Source: an uncultured Erysipelotrichaceae bacterium (lineage in GTDB: Bacteria; Bacillota_I; Bacilli_A; Erysipelotrichales; Coprobacillaceae). Taken from it: DNA of 52,853 nt. The DNA lies in contig URQL01000001.1 in NCBI GenBank assembly GCA_900550005.1, forward strand, positions 1-52,853, given 5' to 3'. Shown in pieces: positions 38,654 through 49,414 of this stretch. The notes under the pieces were generated by a model that saw nothing but the letters and a program-made list of their open reading frames with translations, was not told the origin of the DNA and ran no database searches. Numbering within the stretch: the stretch's first letter is position 1; each line of letters starts with the position of its first letter. Position numbers and translations under genes: made by a program.

Positions 38654-40165
38654 TTAATCATCAAATTCTAACAAATTGATTGCATCAATTTTTTCTAATA
38701 ATTCATTTTGTTTATCTTCAAATAAAAGTTGTTTATTGTATTGATAATATTTATCACAACCATGGTTGTAAATGTATTTTGAAATTGCTGTATTTAAAGT
38801 AATTTCCGTTACTAAAATCAACATTTCTTGCCCTTGACCAAAGACTTCTTCAAAAAAGATAAATGTATTATTTAAAACTTCATTAGCATTTTTACATTCT
38901 TCATTTAAACCATTGATCACGGATTTTAAATACGTTTTGATTACTTCTTTAGGTTCCGTGTTTGTTGATAAAAGAGCTTGTAATAATTCATCATAGTAAG
39001 CTAAGATACGATAATAAAGTCCTTGTTCTTCTTTTGATAAAGCTTTACCTTTTTCTTTTTCATTCATTTCTTTTTTATAATTTGCTGTTTTTAAATTAAT
39101 TTGTTGTTGATACTCTTGTGAAGAAGAGGCAACTTTATTGATTTCTTGAAAATCAGCTAAAATAGTTTTAATAGCTTGTTCTTTTTCTACCGTTTTATCC
39201 ATTGTTTCATCTAATTGTGACATAACTAAAGAGATAAGAGATAATCTTTCATCAAACTTTGCATTTTTAGCACGATCTTTAATTGTATCGTCACTTGTTC
39301 CTGCAAGAATAGATTCCACTTTGTAATCAGCTTTATATTTAGCGTAAAGTTGATAATAATGTGAAAAGTCTTTAGCAATTTTTTCATCTTGTAAATATTG
39401 AGAAATTAAATCATAATCGACTTCTAAGTCATTCATTTCATAAAGTTGGATCATTTTACTTAAATCATCCCAACCCCTGGCAGTGACAAAACTTTTTCCA
39501 TCTACTGTTGTAGAAATAGAATAGAAATGGCTTGGTTTAATGCCTAAATAAGAAGTGACTACTGGATGAACGTGTGTATTGATTGCATATTCTTTCCATG
39601 TTTCAAAATCAGCTTCTACTTCAATCTTTTTAAGACGGTCCCAAATCGCAATATCAAATTCTTTAACAGCATTGTTGTATTCTGGGGGATTTCCCGCTGT
39701 AACAACAATCCAGCCTTGCGGTACTTGATGACGTCCAAATGTTTTATATTGTAAAAATTGTAACATCGATGGAGATAATGTTTCAGAAATACAGTTGATT
39801 TCATCTAAGAATAAAATACCTTGTTTTTTTCCTGTTTCTTCCATTGCATCGTAAACAGAAGCAATAATTTCACTCATAGTATATTCAGATACTTTATATT
39901 CTTGATCACCATATTTTTTATCTACTATAAAAGGTAACCCTAAAGCACTTTGTCGTGTATGGTGTGTCATGGAATAAGATACAAGAGCTAAATCAAGTTC
40001 TTGTGCAATTTGTTCCATAATGGCTGTCTTTCCAATCCCTGGAGCCCCTACTAAAAATACAGGTCTTTGTTTACTTACAGGAATTAGCATATTGCCATAT
40101 TCATCTTTTGTTGAATAAGCAATAATGGCATTTTTTATTTGTTTTTTTGCTTCTTTAATATTCAT
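38654..40165 (-). CDS. MoxR-like AAA+ ATPase
   Basis: GAPGIGKT, ILFLDEIN, TAGNP, DRL, TARGW; long helical C-terminus. Confidence 0.88.
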   Translation of the reverse strand: MNIKEAKKQIKNAIIAYSTKDEYGNMLIPVSKQRPVFLVGAPGIGKTAIMEQIAQELDLALVSYSMTHHTRQSALGLPFIVDKKYGDQEYKVSEYTMSEIIASVYDAMEETGKKQGILFLDEINCISETLSPSMLQFLQYKTFGRHQVPQGWIVVTAGNPPEYNNAVKEFDIAIWDRLKKIEVEADFETWKEYAINTHVHPVVTSYLGIKPSHFYSISTTVDGKSFVTARGWDDLSKMIQLYEMNDLEVDYDLISQYLQDEKIAKDFSHYYQLYAKYKADYKVESILAGTSDDTIKDRAKNAKFDERLSLISLVMSQLDETMDKTVEKEQAIKTILADFQEINKVASSSQEYQQQINLKTANYKKEMNEKEKGKALSKEEQGLYYRILAYYDELLQALLSTNTEPKEVIKTYLKSVINGLNEECKNANEVLNNTFIFFEEVFGQGQEMLILVTEITLNTAISKYIYNHGCDKYYQYNKQLLFEDKQNELLEKIDAINLLEFDD

Positions 40166-40175
40166 AATTGGCCTC

Positions 40176-41612
40176 CTAATTTTCTATTACTTCTTCATCT
40201 AAAATATATTTAATTGCCCATGATGGCACTTTAACGTCTACTTTATCCCCTTTATCTAAAAAGACAAAAGCCGTTTTATAGCTTGGTTGTTTGGTTGGAT
40301 ATTTTCCATCTCCATCTGTAAAATAGATAAGTCCACCTAAATCAACAAACTCTTTTTTTTGGATAAGTTCATCTACATAATTAAATACTGGTCTAAAATC
40401 TGTTCCCCCTAAACCATGGATTTCAATGTTTTTGATATAACGATCAAACTCAGCTAAGCTCGTTACTTTTACATCTTCTTGAATAACAGCGTCACATTGG
40501 ATAAGGTGAATATTAAATTTATTAAAGAAATTTTCTTTTTGTTGGAATATGTTATATGTTTTTTGTAAGAATGTTTGAACAATTGGTCCAGATACAGATC
40601 CTGAGGTATCAATAGCAATAACAAAATCTTTAATACTATGTGTTTCCTTATACTCTAATGATTCAATCAAAGGTAAATTTTTATACATTTGTAATCCAAA
40701 AGTGTAAAAGATGTAATCAAATTCATCATCATTGATCATGGTCTTTTCACCACTACTCATAAATTTTCTTAAAAAAGTCGTATAATTGTATTTTTCACGA
40801 TTTAAACGTGTTAACGATTGAACCATTGAATTGGCTTTTTGTCCATATTCTTTTGAGAAAGTCTCTAAATCGGTTTCAATTTTTTCAGAGATATCTTGCC
40901 ATTCTTTCATTGAATTTTTGATTTTAATGATATCTGCTTCACTGGCTTCTTGATCACCGGAAGGTTCACGATTATTTTGTTCATCATTTTCACTATCATG
41001 ATTAGCATTATCAAAACGATTTCGTCCTGAATTGGTAGGATCATCTTTTGATTCTTCTCCAAACAATTGCGTTGAACTACTTACCACATCACGAATCTTA
41101 TACCATCTTGAATGGTCATCATAATAAAATAAATCACTTAACCATTTGATTTGGTCATTATTTAATTCATCTTTAATATAATGGTAAAGACGTTGTGCCG
41201 TTAATAAGTTTAATTTTTCTTTTAGCTTGTTGATTTCTCTTTTCATTTCATCACATTTATCAATATGCATAAAATCTAAGTCTAATTCTTCGATCATGTT
41301 TTCTACTGCAATATCACAAGCAAGATTCCACATTTTTTTATCAAAATCACCCGCTAAATAAGGATGTCTAAAAATAGAATGTAAAACAATATGTAAATAA
41401 CCGCGAGTTAATGCTTGAGGATTATTTTTAAAATTTTTGATGATCGTAATTGGACTATAATACAAATAGATACCATCACATTCAATTGAAGTCGAATTGG
41501 GAACGAATGTGTATTGATCTAAAGCAATATCCATAAAACGTAAATGTAATGTTAATTGACTGATAATATTATGAAATATTTCCTCACATAGAAGAACTAA
41601 TTCTTTATCCAT
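40176..41612 (-). CDS. DUF2201-type metallopeptidase-like + vWA domain protein
   Basis: YLHIVLHSIFRH, WNLACDIAVE, DDHSRW, MIDAS IDTSGS, IQCDA, GGTDFRPVF, YFTDGDG. Confidence 0.88.
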   Translation of the reverse strand: MDKELVLLCEEIFHNIISQLTLHLRFMDIALDQYTFVPNSTSIECDGIYLYYSPITIIKNFKNNPQALTRGYLHIVLHSIFRHPYLAGDFDKKMWNLACDIAVENMIEELDLDFMHIDKCDEMKREINKLKEKLNLLTAQRLYHYIKDELNNDQIKWLSDLFYYDDHSRWYKIRDVVSSSTQLFGEESKDDPTNSGRNRFDNANHDSENDEQNNREPSGDQEASEADIIKIKNSMKEWQDISEKIETDLETFSKEYGQKANSMVQSLTRLNREKYNYTTFLRKFMSSGEKTMINDDEFDYIFYTFGLQMYKNLPLIESLEYKETHSIKDFVIAIDTSGSVSGPIVQTFLQKTYNIFQQKENFFNKFNIHLIQCDAVIQEDVKVTSLAEFDRYIKNIEIHGLGGTDFRPVFNYVDELIQKKEFVDLGGLIYFTDGDGKYPTKQPSYKTAFVFLDKGDKVDVKVPSWAIKYILDEEVIEN

Positions 41613-41629
41613 GTTCTCACCTCACCTTT

Positions 41630-42706
41630 CTAAAATAAGTCGTCTAATGCATCTTCTAAAGAAGTTGTAGAAGGGGTTTGATTTTTTAAATTCATAATTT
41701 TTGCTCTTAATTCTCTTTCATGAATTAAATCAAGATAACGATCAAGTTCATTCATTGGTAAGATTGCTTCTTTAAATAAAGTATAAAATCCATCCCAACG
41801 TTGTTCTTTAATCAAGTAAGGAAGAAGTTCATCTTTATACGTTAAACAAGCTTCATTGTACTTAGTTTTATCAACAGGTAAATAACGATCATAAGTTTCT
41901 AAATAATTTACTAACAAAATAATACGTGCATAAGGTTTCCATTCATTAAGTTTTACTTTAGGTAAGTAACTCTTATAAAATTGGTAATTTTTATCATTTA
42001 CATTATTTGCGAAAATGTTCCATTGATGTTCAAACATTCCTGGATGAAGAGGAAAATGATCGTTAGAAATAAACGTGATTTGACCTAATGTTTGAAAAGC
42101 TAATCCTTGTATACTTTCTAATTCTTCATTCATTTGCACAAATTTTAAGTTATGACAATTGTAAAAAGCTTTTTCCCCAATTTGTTTTAAATGTTTATTC
42201 ATAGTCAAAGTTTGTAAAGATGTACAAGATTCAAAAGCACTATTATCGATCACTTCTAATCTTTCAGGCAAATCAATATGCTCCAATTTTTCACAATAAC
42301 TAAATGCACTACGCCCAATTGTTTGAATTGTATTAGATAAATGAACTTCTTCTAATAAACCGCTTCGATAAAACATACTTTTTTTAATTGATTGGATTTG
42401 ACCTTGAATGCTTACTTTTTTTAATTTTCGACAATAAGATAAAGCCCCATCACCAAGATAAGTAACAGATTTAGGAATTGTAATCTCAATTAATTCATCG
42501 CAACCATAAAAGCAAAAATTTCCAATCATTCTTACTGTTTCTGGAATTTGAATTGATTTTAAATGTAAACACTCATAAAAGGCAAAATCACGAATCGTAT
42601 CGACTTCTTCAGGAATAACCACATGTTCTTGACTTCCTTCGTATTTAATCAATTCTCCATTTAAAATTTTAAACTCATTCATATAATTGATCCTTTCTTT
42701 TGACAA
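41630..42706 (-). CDS. BspA-type (TpLRR) leucine-rich repeat protein
   Basis: Repeated IP..V..I...AF..C..L..I units; no signal peptide. Confidence 0.88.
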   Translation of the reverse strand: MSKERINYMNEFKILNGELIKYEGSQEHVVIPEEVDTIRDFAFYECLHLKSIQIPETVRMIGNFCFYGCDELIEITIPKSVTYLGDGALSYCRKLKKVSIQGQIQSIKKSMFYRSGLLEEVHLSNTIQTIGRSAFSYCEKLEHIDLPERLEVIDNSAFESCTSLQTLTMNKHLKQIGEKAFYNCHNLKFVQMNEELESIQGLAFQTLGQITFISNDHFPLHPGMFEHQWNIFANNVNDKNYQFYKSYLPKVKLNEWKPYARIILLVNYLETYDRYLPVDKTKYNEACLTYKDELLPYLIKEQRWDGFYTLFKEAILPMNELDRYLDLIHERELRAKIMNLKNQTPSTTSLEDALDDLF

Positions 42707-42789
42707 ATCTTATCTTATCATAAATATTTTTATGTAACCGTTTTTTTCTTTTTATAAAAACAAAAACTCAAATCAATGATGATCTGAGT

Positions 42790-42990
42790 TTACTCCCCAA
42801 TATGTTTTACAACTTTCTTTAATTTTTTTTCAAATTCGCGACGACTAAACATAATAATCGCTCCACACCCTAAACATTTGATTTTAATATCAGCACCCAT
42901 ACGAACGATTTCCCATTCGTTAGACTTTTTGCAAGGATGAGGTTTTTTCATTTCGACAATATCATGTAATCCATAAACGTGTTGAATCAT
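42790..42990 (-). CDS. DUF951 family protein
   Basis: DIVEMKKPHPC..WEIVRMGADIKIKCLGC; start reassigned to ATG 42990 after a GGTG RBS. Confidence 0.9.
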   Translation of the reverse strand: MIQHVYGLHDIVEMKKPHPCKKSNEWEIVRMGADIKIKCLGCGAIIMFSRREFEKKLKKVVKHIGE

Positions 42991-43003
42991 TGTATCACCG
43001 TCC

Positions 43004-43851
43004 TTAATTTTGTGTACGCATTTTATAAGCAATTAATGTATTATGTAAAAGCATGGCAATCGTCATTGGTCCTACCCCACCTGGAACAGGCGTAATTGCA
43101 CTGACTTTATCTTTACATTTTTCAAAATCAACATCACCACAAAGCTTACCATTTTCATCACGATTGATTCCTACATCAAGAACAACTGCACCTTCTTTAA
43201 CATATTCATCATCAAACATTTTTGCTTTACCTACGGCAGTAATTAAAACATCTGCTTTTTGACAAACTTCTTTTAAATTTTTAGTACGACTATGAGCAAT
43301 CGTAACTGTCGCACTTTTAGATAAAGCAAGTAAAGCTACTGGTTTACCTACAATATTACTTCTTCCTACCACAACCACTTCTTTACCTTCAAGATCATAT
43401 CCAATCTTTTCAAGCATAACCATCATTCCATAAGGTGTACAAGGTAATAAAGAATCAATTCCTAAAAATAAGTGAGCAATATTCATTGGATGAAATCCAT
43501 CAACGTCTTTTTCAGGATCGATTGCTTCAATGATTTTAGCTTCATCAATATGTTTAGGTAATGGAAGTTGAACGAGAATTCCATCCACTTCCTCTTTTTG
43601 ATTTAACTGCTCAATTTGTGCTAATAATGCTTCTTCTGTTATTTCTTCTGGTAATTCAATTTTAATTGACCCAAAACCGACATACTGACAGGCTTTTTCT
43701 TTATTACGCACATAGACTTCACTCGCTAAATTATGACCTACTAAAACTACAGCTAAAGTAGGTACTCTTTTTCCTGCTTCTTGCAATTTTCTTGTTTCTT
43801 CTTTAACTAAATCTTTGACTTCTAATGATATTTGTTTTCATCAATGATCAT
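43004..43851 (-). pseudogene. folD: Methylenetetrahydrofolate dehydrogenase/cyclohydrolase with a 1-nt deletion near codon 5 (or sequencing error)
   Basis: YVRNK, GILVQLPLP, KDVDGFHP, PCTP, GRSNIVGKP, TPVPGGVGPMT. GGTGG RBS + ATG ATC ATT GAT GA AAA CAA ATA; adding one G restores MIIDGKQISLEVK. Confidence 0.85.
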
Positions 43852-43900
43852 TCTACCACCCCTAACAATTAGATTTAGAATAACACATTTTTATTATTTT

Positions 43901-44818
43901 TTAAATACTTTTCAATACGACTAACCAAACAGGCAAAGTAATCAAAGAAAGAACAGTAGAAACAAAAATAAGTTTTGAAGCATAGCCTGGATTATGATCA
44001 TAACTTTGCGCAAGCATTGCCGTTGTACTCGCCGCAGGCATTCCTGTCAGTAATACACATACTTGAATTGAATCGGTAGGAATATGAAAAGCAAGTAAAA
44101 TAAATAATAAAATCAAAGGTAAGATCACTAACCTTAAAATACTATAGCGAATAGCTTGATAATCTGAAAATTCTGACCAAGGAACATCACTTAAAATGGC
44201 TCCAATAATAATCATACTAAGTCCAGTATTACATGAGGCTACACTGTTTATTGACATGGTTACAAAATCAGGAAAAATCACACCTAGACTTCTAAGTAAC
44301 ATACAAATTAAACCAATATAAATCGCAATAATACAAGGATGTGTTGCTACTTTTTTAATCAAATCTTTTTTCGATACAGAAGTAAATAAAGATAACCCTG
44401 CTGACCACATAAAAATTCTTTGAGGAATTAAAAAAATGGAAGCATAAAGTAATCCGGTTGAGCCAAACGCAGCTTCACTTACAGGCATTCCCATAAATCC
44501 TGCATTCGATACCATCGTTGCATATTGACTAACGATCTTACGATCTTGATCTAAATGATTATATAAAAATTGATTGACAATATGATACCCCAATTGAATT
44601 AAAAAAGAAATAATTAAAACGAGTCCTGTGGAAACTAAAATATCTTTTGTTAGTTGCATATTAAATGATTTTACAATGGCAAAAGGTAAAACCACACTTA
44701 ATACCATGGTTGTTAGTTTTGAACGTGTTGATTTATCCAAGATCCCCTTTTTACCTAAAGTATACCCAATAAAAATCAACATAAATATTTCTATTTGTAA
44801 ATTAATAATATCGCGCAT
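43901..44818 (-). CDS. AEC (auxin efflux carrier) family transporter
   Basis: SNAGFMGMP, HPCIIA, GMPAAS, STVLSLITLP; about 10 TMs. Confidence 0.9.
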   Translation of the reverse strand: MRDIINLQIEIFMLIFIGYTLGKKGILDKSTRSKLTTMVLSVVLPFAIVKSFNMQLTKDILVSTGLVLIISFLIQLGYHIVNQFLYNHLDQDRKIVSQYATMVSNAGFMGMPVSEAAFGSTGLLYASIFLIPQRIFMWSAGLSLFTSVSKKDLIKKVATHPCIIAIYIGLICMLLRSLGVIFPDFVTMSINSVASCNTGLSMIIIGAILSDVPWSEFSDYQAIRYSILRLVILPLILLFILLAFHIPTDSIQVCVLLTGMPAASTTAMLAQSYDHNPGYASKLIFVSTVLSLITLPVWLVVLKSI

Positions 44819-44907
44819 TTTCTCCCTCTTTTCCCTATTTCTTTACTATTTTACAAGATTTCAAAAGAGAATGAAAGCACTTTTTATATAAAAACGCAAG
44901 TCCTTAT

Positions 44908-46248
44908 TTAAAGGCTTGCGTTTTTAATTTCTTTACCGACACTTTTCTTATACATAATATAAGCCATTGTAACTGAGATCACATCCGCAATCACTTGCGT
45001 TAAAATCGTTCCATAATAACCAAATAAAGTACTGACGATGACAATTACTAAAGCAAATACCACACCTTGTCTTGAAATTGAAAGAATAAATGCAGGTAAT
45101 GCTTTACCAGAAGCTTGAAATAAAGTTGTATAAATCAAAATCATTCCAGCAAAAGGCATAGATAATAATAAACAAATAAGCATCAAGCTACCATCTTGAA
45201 TAATTTGTGAATCACTCATAAAGATATGTACAATTTGTTTTGAAAAAATACCAAGAAGAATAACCATAATGATTGAAAAAGTACCTTCTACTTTAAAATC
45301 AAAACGAATCACTTCTTTTAATCGCCTATAATTTTTGGCACCATAGTTGTAACCAAGTAAAGGTTGTGCCCCAAAAGCAAAACCAACCATAACTAACATA
45401 ACGATCATACTTACTTTCATCGCAATTCCCATAGCAGCCACTTTACTTGTTCCATATTGAATTAAATAACGATTCATTAAAGTCATACTAAAACTTTGCA
45501 TCATATTTGTAAGTGAAGCAGGAATACCAATCGCAATGATTTCTTTAATATACTGTGTTGGAATCTTTGTTTCTTTATAATCCACTGTTAATTTTTTACT
45601 TCTTTTTAAAATGAAATAAACCAAAATAAGATCTGTAACTAAATTACCTAATACTGTAGCAATAGCGGCACCACCAGCTTGCATATTTAATCCAAAAATG
45701 AAAATAGGATCTAAAATAATATTGGCAATGGATCCAGCAACAGTTCCAATCATCGCTTCCATTGCTAAACCTTCTGTACGCATTAAATTACCTGGTGTTA
45801 AAGATAAAATAATGATTGGTGCGCCTAATGTAATATAAAAGAAATAATCATGTGCATATTGATAAGTATCTTGATTAGCTCCTAATAATGCTAAAATTGG
45901 ATTTTTAAATAAAATCATAATTAAAGCAACTACAATTCCAAATAGAATGGCACTATAAAAACAAAAACCACTTACTCTTTTCCCTTCTTGATCCTTCTTT
46001 TGTCCAAATAGACGAGATAGTACTGAACTTCCACCTAAACCAAACACATCACCAAAAGCAACCATTAAAGAAAATAAAGGTGCACAAAGTGATACCCCAG
46101 CTACTAAATTAGTATTTTGTGTTTGAGCAATAAAAAAAGTATCGACCATATTGTAAACTAAACTGATCACCATACTAAAAACAACGGGTAAAGCTAATTT
46201 AAAATAAGCTTTCTTTATCGGTGCAGTTTCAAATAATTCATTTTCCGT
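44908..46248 (-). CDS. MATE family efflux transporter (likely start at ACG 46248)
   Basis: LALP..YNMVDTFFI, NIILDPIFIFG..GAAIAT, QPLLGYNYGA, RQG; GGGGGA RBS precedes ACG-GAA-AAT-GAA. Confidence 0.88.
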   Translation of the reverse strand, partial: TENELFETAPIKKAYFKLALPVVFSMVISLVYNMVDTFFIAQTQNTNLVAGVSLCAPLFSLMVAFGDVFGLGGSSVLSRLFGQKKDQEGKRVSGFCFYSAILFGIVVALIMILFKNPILALLGANQDTYQYAHDYFFYITLGAPIIILSLTPGNLMRTEGLAMEAMIGTVAGSIANIILDPIFIFGLNMQAGGAAIATVLGNLVTDLILVYFILKRSKKLTVDYKETKIPTQYIKEIIAIGIPASLTNMMQSFSMTLMNRYLIQYGTSKVAAMGIAMKVSMIVMLVMVGFAFGAQPLLGYNYGAKNYRRLKEVIRFDFKVEGTFSIIMVILLGIFSKQIVHIFMSDSQIIQDGSLMLICLLLSMPFAGMILIYTTLFQASGKALPAFILSISRQGVVFALVIVIVSTLFGYYGTILTQVIADVISVTMAYIMYKKSVGKEIKNASL

Positions 46249-46273
46249 TTTTTTCTTTCCCCCTAACCACCCC

Positions 46274-46316
46274 ATTATAGCAAATTCCCTTGCTTTTTTA
46301 TGTGACATATGTCACA
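46274..46316 (-). promoter_or_regulatory. Crp/Fnr-type operator and extended -10 promoter of the MATE gene
   Basis: Perfect palindrome TGTGACATATGTCACA (46301-46316) and TGcTATAAT (46274-46282). Confidence 0.85.
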
Positions 46317-46339
46317 ATAAACCTAGAAATGAGGTTACT

Positions 46340-46957
46340 ATGAAAGAAATATATAATACTAAAAAAATACAACAAGTTTTAAACGATTATCCTATTTTAG
46401 ATTATTTTGATGATCATGATTATGCTTTTTTTATCATTGAATATGAAGTGGGAGAAACCATCATTCATCCTTTAAAAACAACTAAATATCTTTTATTCAA
46501 CTTACAAGGAACGATTCAAATTCATTCAATCTTAATTGATGGTTCTAATTATTTAATTACTTCAAGTGATGATTTTACAATGCTTGGTGATATGGAATTT
46601 GTGAAAAAAGAAAAGCCTATCTTTTTTGCAACAGCTAAAACAAAAGTCACTATGCTTGCCTTAGATATTGAAAGTCATCAAGAAAAGTTAGAAAAAGACA
46701 TCTCTTTTTTACATTTTTTACTTCAATCTCTCGCAAAAAAGATCACCCATTCTCCATTAGATCACACAGCCAATTCATTAGAAGAAAAATTGATACGTTA
46801 TATCCATTATCAATGTGATCAAGGAATCCTTACAAACATTGAAGAAACTGCAACTTTACTTCATTGTAGTCGTCGCCAATTACAAAGGATACTCAAACAA
46901 TTATGTGATGAAAATAAACTTACAAAAATCAAAAAAGGAACCTATCGTTTAAATTGA
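46340..46957 (+). CDS. Crp/Fnr family transcriptional regulator
   Basis: cNMP-binding-like N-domain (LGDMEF), C-terminal wHTH ATLLHCSRRQLQRILKQL; divergent from MATE. Confidence 0.88.
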   Translation: MKEIYNTKKIQQVLNDYPILDYFDDHDYAFFIIEYEVGETIIHPLKTTKYLLFNLQGTIQIHSILIDGSNYLITSSDDFTMLGDMEFVKKEKPIFFATAKTKVTMLALDIESHQEKLEKDISFLHFLLQSLAKKITHSPLDHTANSLEEKLIRYIHYQCDQGILTNIEETATLLHCSRRQLQRILKQLCDENKLTKIKKGTYRLN

Positions 46958-47193
46958 ATAAGTTCCTCTTTTTGTTTACGAGTCAGTTGTTTAATTGCGT
47001 ATTCTCTTTTTAAAGCCAATGATAAATCATCATAAATTTCATAATAAACAAGTTGGACCGGTCTTCTTGCTCGGGTATACTTTGCTCCCTTACCTAAATT
47101 ATGCGTTTCTATACGTTTTTCTAAATGGCTTGTATAACCTGTGTAATAAGTGTGATCACTACATTCGACAATATAAACATAATACTTTTTCAT
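46942..47193 (-). CDS. GIY-YIG nuclease family protein (UPF0213)
   Basis: YVYIVEC..YYTGYT..R..HN.GKGAKYTR.RRPV..ALKRE. Confidence 0.92.
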   Translation of the reverse strand: MKKYYVYIVECSDHTYYTGYTSHLEKRIETHNLGKGAKYTRARRPVQLVYYEIYDDLSLALKREYAIKQLTRKQKEELIQFKR

Positions 47194-47373
47194 ATTTTCC
47201 CTCTTTCTGTATTATCCTATACTATTTTTTATCATTTTACAAATTTTTGGTGTATAATAAAATTAGATTAACTAAAAGTTAGGTTTAGGTAAGATTTTTG
47301 TAAATATTTCTTGGATACTTGCGTAAATGTATTAAAAAGAATATTCTAATAAAAAAGAAATGGAGGATTTTTA

Positions 47374-49401
47374 ATGAAAAACGAAAAAGAAAACAGAGAG
47401 CTATCATGGCTTAAATTTAATGATCGTGTTTTAGAGCAAGCTAAAGATAGCAATGTTCCTTTAGCTGAAAAGCTTAATTTTATATCAATTTACCAATCTA
47501 ACTTAGATGAATTTTTTATGGTTCGTTTAGGTTCATTATATGATCAAATGCTTTTCTATCCAGCATTAAAAGAAAACAAAACGGATATGACAGCAGAAGA
47601 ACAAATCAAAGCTTGTCTTAAAAAAATTCGTCTACTTAATAAAAAAGAAGATACAATTTACCAAAATGTAATGAGTGAATTAGAAAAGTATGATATTCAT
47701 TTTGTGAAATATGAACAAATTAAAAATAAAGATGATCGCAAGTATTTAGAAAATTATTTTGAAAGAGAAATTCTTCCCCTTATTTCACCACAAGTCATTT
47801 CTAAAAGACAACCATTCCCGTTTTTAAATAACCGTGAACTCTATTTAGCAGTTCAATTAGAATCTAAAAAAGGAAAAAGAAAACTAGGGATCGTCTCTTT
47901 AGAAAATGCAATGGATGAAAGAATCATTGAGATTCCAAATACACCTCACAATTATATTCTCGTTGAAGATTTAATTTCTGCTTTAGCTTATGAATTATTT
48001 GGTAAACATACCGTTAAAAACAAAGCACTTATTCGTATTACCCGTAGTGCCGATATTGATGAAGATGATCATTCTTTAGAAGGACATGATGATTATCGTG
48101 AACTAATGGAAACATTAATCAAACAAAGAAGGAAGTTAAATCCAATTCGTTTAGATATGTCTGAAGGTTTAGAAGAATTAGAGATTTTAATGTTGATGAA
48201 TTTCTTAAACTTAGAAAAAAATCAAGTCTTTACTCACCGTAGTCCCATTGATTTAAAATTTATTGGTGAACTTAGAGATTTATTAAAAATTTCTCATCCA
48301 GAAATTTTCTATCAAAAATTAGAAGCAAACAATTCACCTTTAGTTGAAAATAGAGTACCAATGATCAAACAAATCTTAAAACGTGATATTTTATTAGCTT
48401 ATCCATTTGAATCGATGTCACCGTTTTTAAGATTACTTGATGAAGCAAGTCTTGATCCAAATGTTGCTAGTATTAAAATGACATTGTATCGTGTCGCAAA
48501 AAATTCAAAAATCGTTAAATCTTTAATTAGAGCAGCCGAAAACGGAAAAGAAGTAGTGGTGCTTGTTGAACTGAGAGCACGTTTTGATGAAGAAAACAAT
48601 ATAGACTGGTCAAAACGTTTAGAAGAAGCAGGTTGTCGTGTCATCTATGGCTTAGATGGTTTAAAAGTGCACTCTAAACTTTGTTTAATTACTTACAAAA
48701 ACAGTCAAGGTGTTCAATATATTGGACAAATTGGTACTGGTAATTACAATGAAAATACATCAAAACTTTATACCGATTTATCTTTAATGACTTCTAATAG
48801 AGAAATTGGTGAAGAAATGAACCAAGTCTTTAATCACCTTTGCTTAGGTGAAACAGAAACAAATGTTGAACAACTAATGGTTGCGCCAAATTGCATGATT
48901 ACAAAAATATTTGCTTTAATTGATGAACAAATCGCTTTAGGAAAAGACGGTTATGTTGGTTTTAAATGTAACAGTATCACAAGTAAATGTATGATTGAAA
49001 AACTCATTGAAGCAAGCAAAGCGGGTGTTAAAATTGATTTAATCGTTAGAGGTATCTGCTGTATCATTCCGGGAATTAAAGATGAAACTGAAAATATCAA
49101 AGTCATCTCTATTGTTGGAAGATATCTTGAACATTCTCGTATTTATATCTTTGGTAAAAAAGATCCAAAAGTTTATATTTCATCAGCTGATTTAATGACC
49201 CGTAACTTAGAAAAACGTGTAGAAGTCGCTGCACCAATTCTTGATCCTAAAATCAAGAAGAAAATTACCAATATGTTTAATATTATGCTTAAAGATAATG
49301 TCAAAGCTTCAAAATTACAAAGTGATGGCACTTATAAGCAAATTAAAACAAAAGGAGAACAAATCAATTCTCAAGAATATTTCTTTAAAAATTTAAAATA
49401 A
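47374..49401 (+). CDS. ppk1: Polyphosphate kinase 1
   Basis: RELSWLKFNDRVL, SNLDEFFMVR, ELRARFDEENNI, KVHSK, GTGNYNE, LEHSRIY, SADLMTRNL. Confidence 0.97.
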   Translation: MKNEKENRELSWLKFNDRVLEQAKDSNVPLAEKLNFISIYQSNLDEFFMVRLGSLYDQMLFYPALKENKTDMTAEEQIKACLKKIRLLNKKEDTIYQNVMSELEKYDIHFVKYEQIKNKDDRKYLENYFEREILPLISPQVISKRQPFPFLNNRELYLAVQLESKKGKRKLGIVSLENAMDERIIEIPNTPHNYILVEDLISALAYELFGKHTVKNKALIRITRSADIDEDDHSLEGHDDYRELMETLIKQRRKLNPIRLDMSEGLEELEILMLMNFLNLEKNQVFTHRSPIDLKFIGELRDLLKISHPEIFYQKLEANNSPLVENRVPMIKQILKRDILLAYPFESMSPFLRLLDEASLDPNVASIKMTLYRVAKNSKIVKSLIRAAENGKEVVVLVELRARFDEENNIDWSKRLEEAGCRVIYGLDGLKVHSKLCLITYKNSQGVQYIGQIGTGNYNENTSKLYTDLSLMTSNREIGEEMNQVFNHLCLGETETNVEQLMVAPNCMITKIFALIDEQIALGKDGYVGFKCNSITSKCMIEKLIEASKAGVKIDLIVRGICCIIPGIKDETENIKVISIVGRYLEHSRIYIFGKKDPKVYISSADLMTRNLEKRVEVAAPILDPKIKKKITNMFNIMLKDNVKASKLQSDGTYKQIKTKGEQINSQEYFFKNLK

Positions 49402-49414
49402 AGGAGGATCCCCT

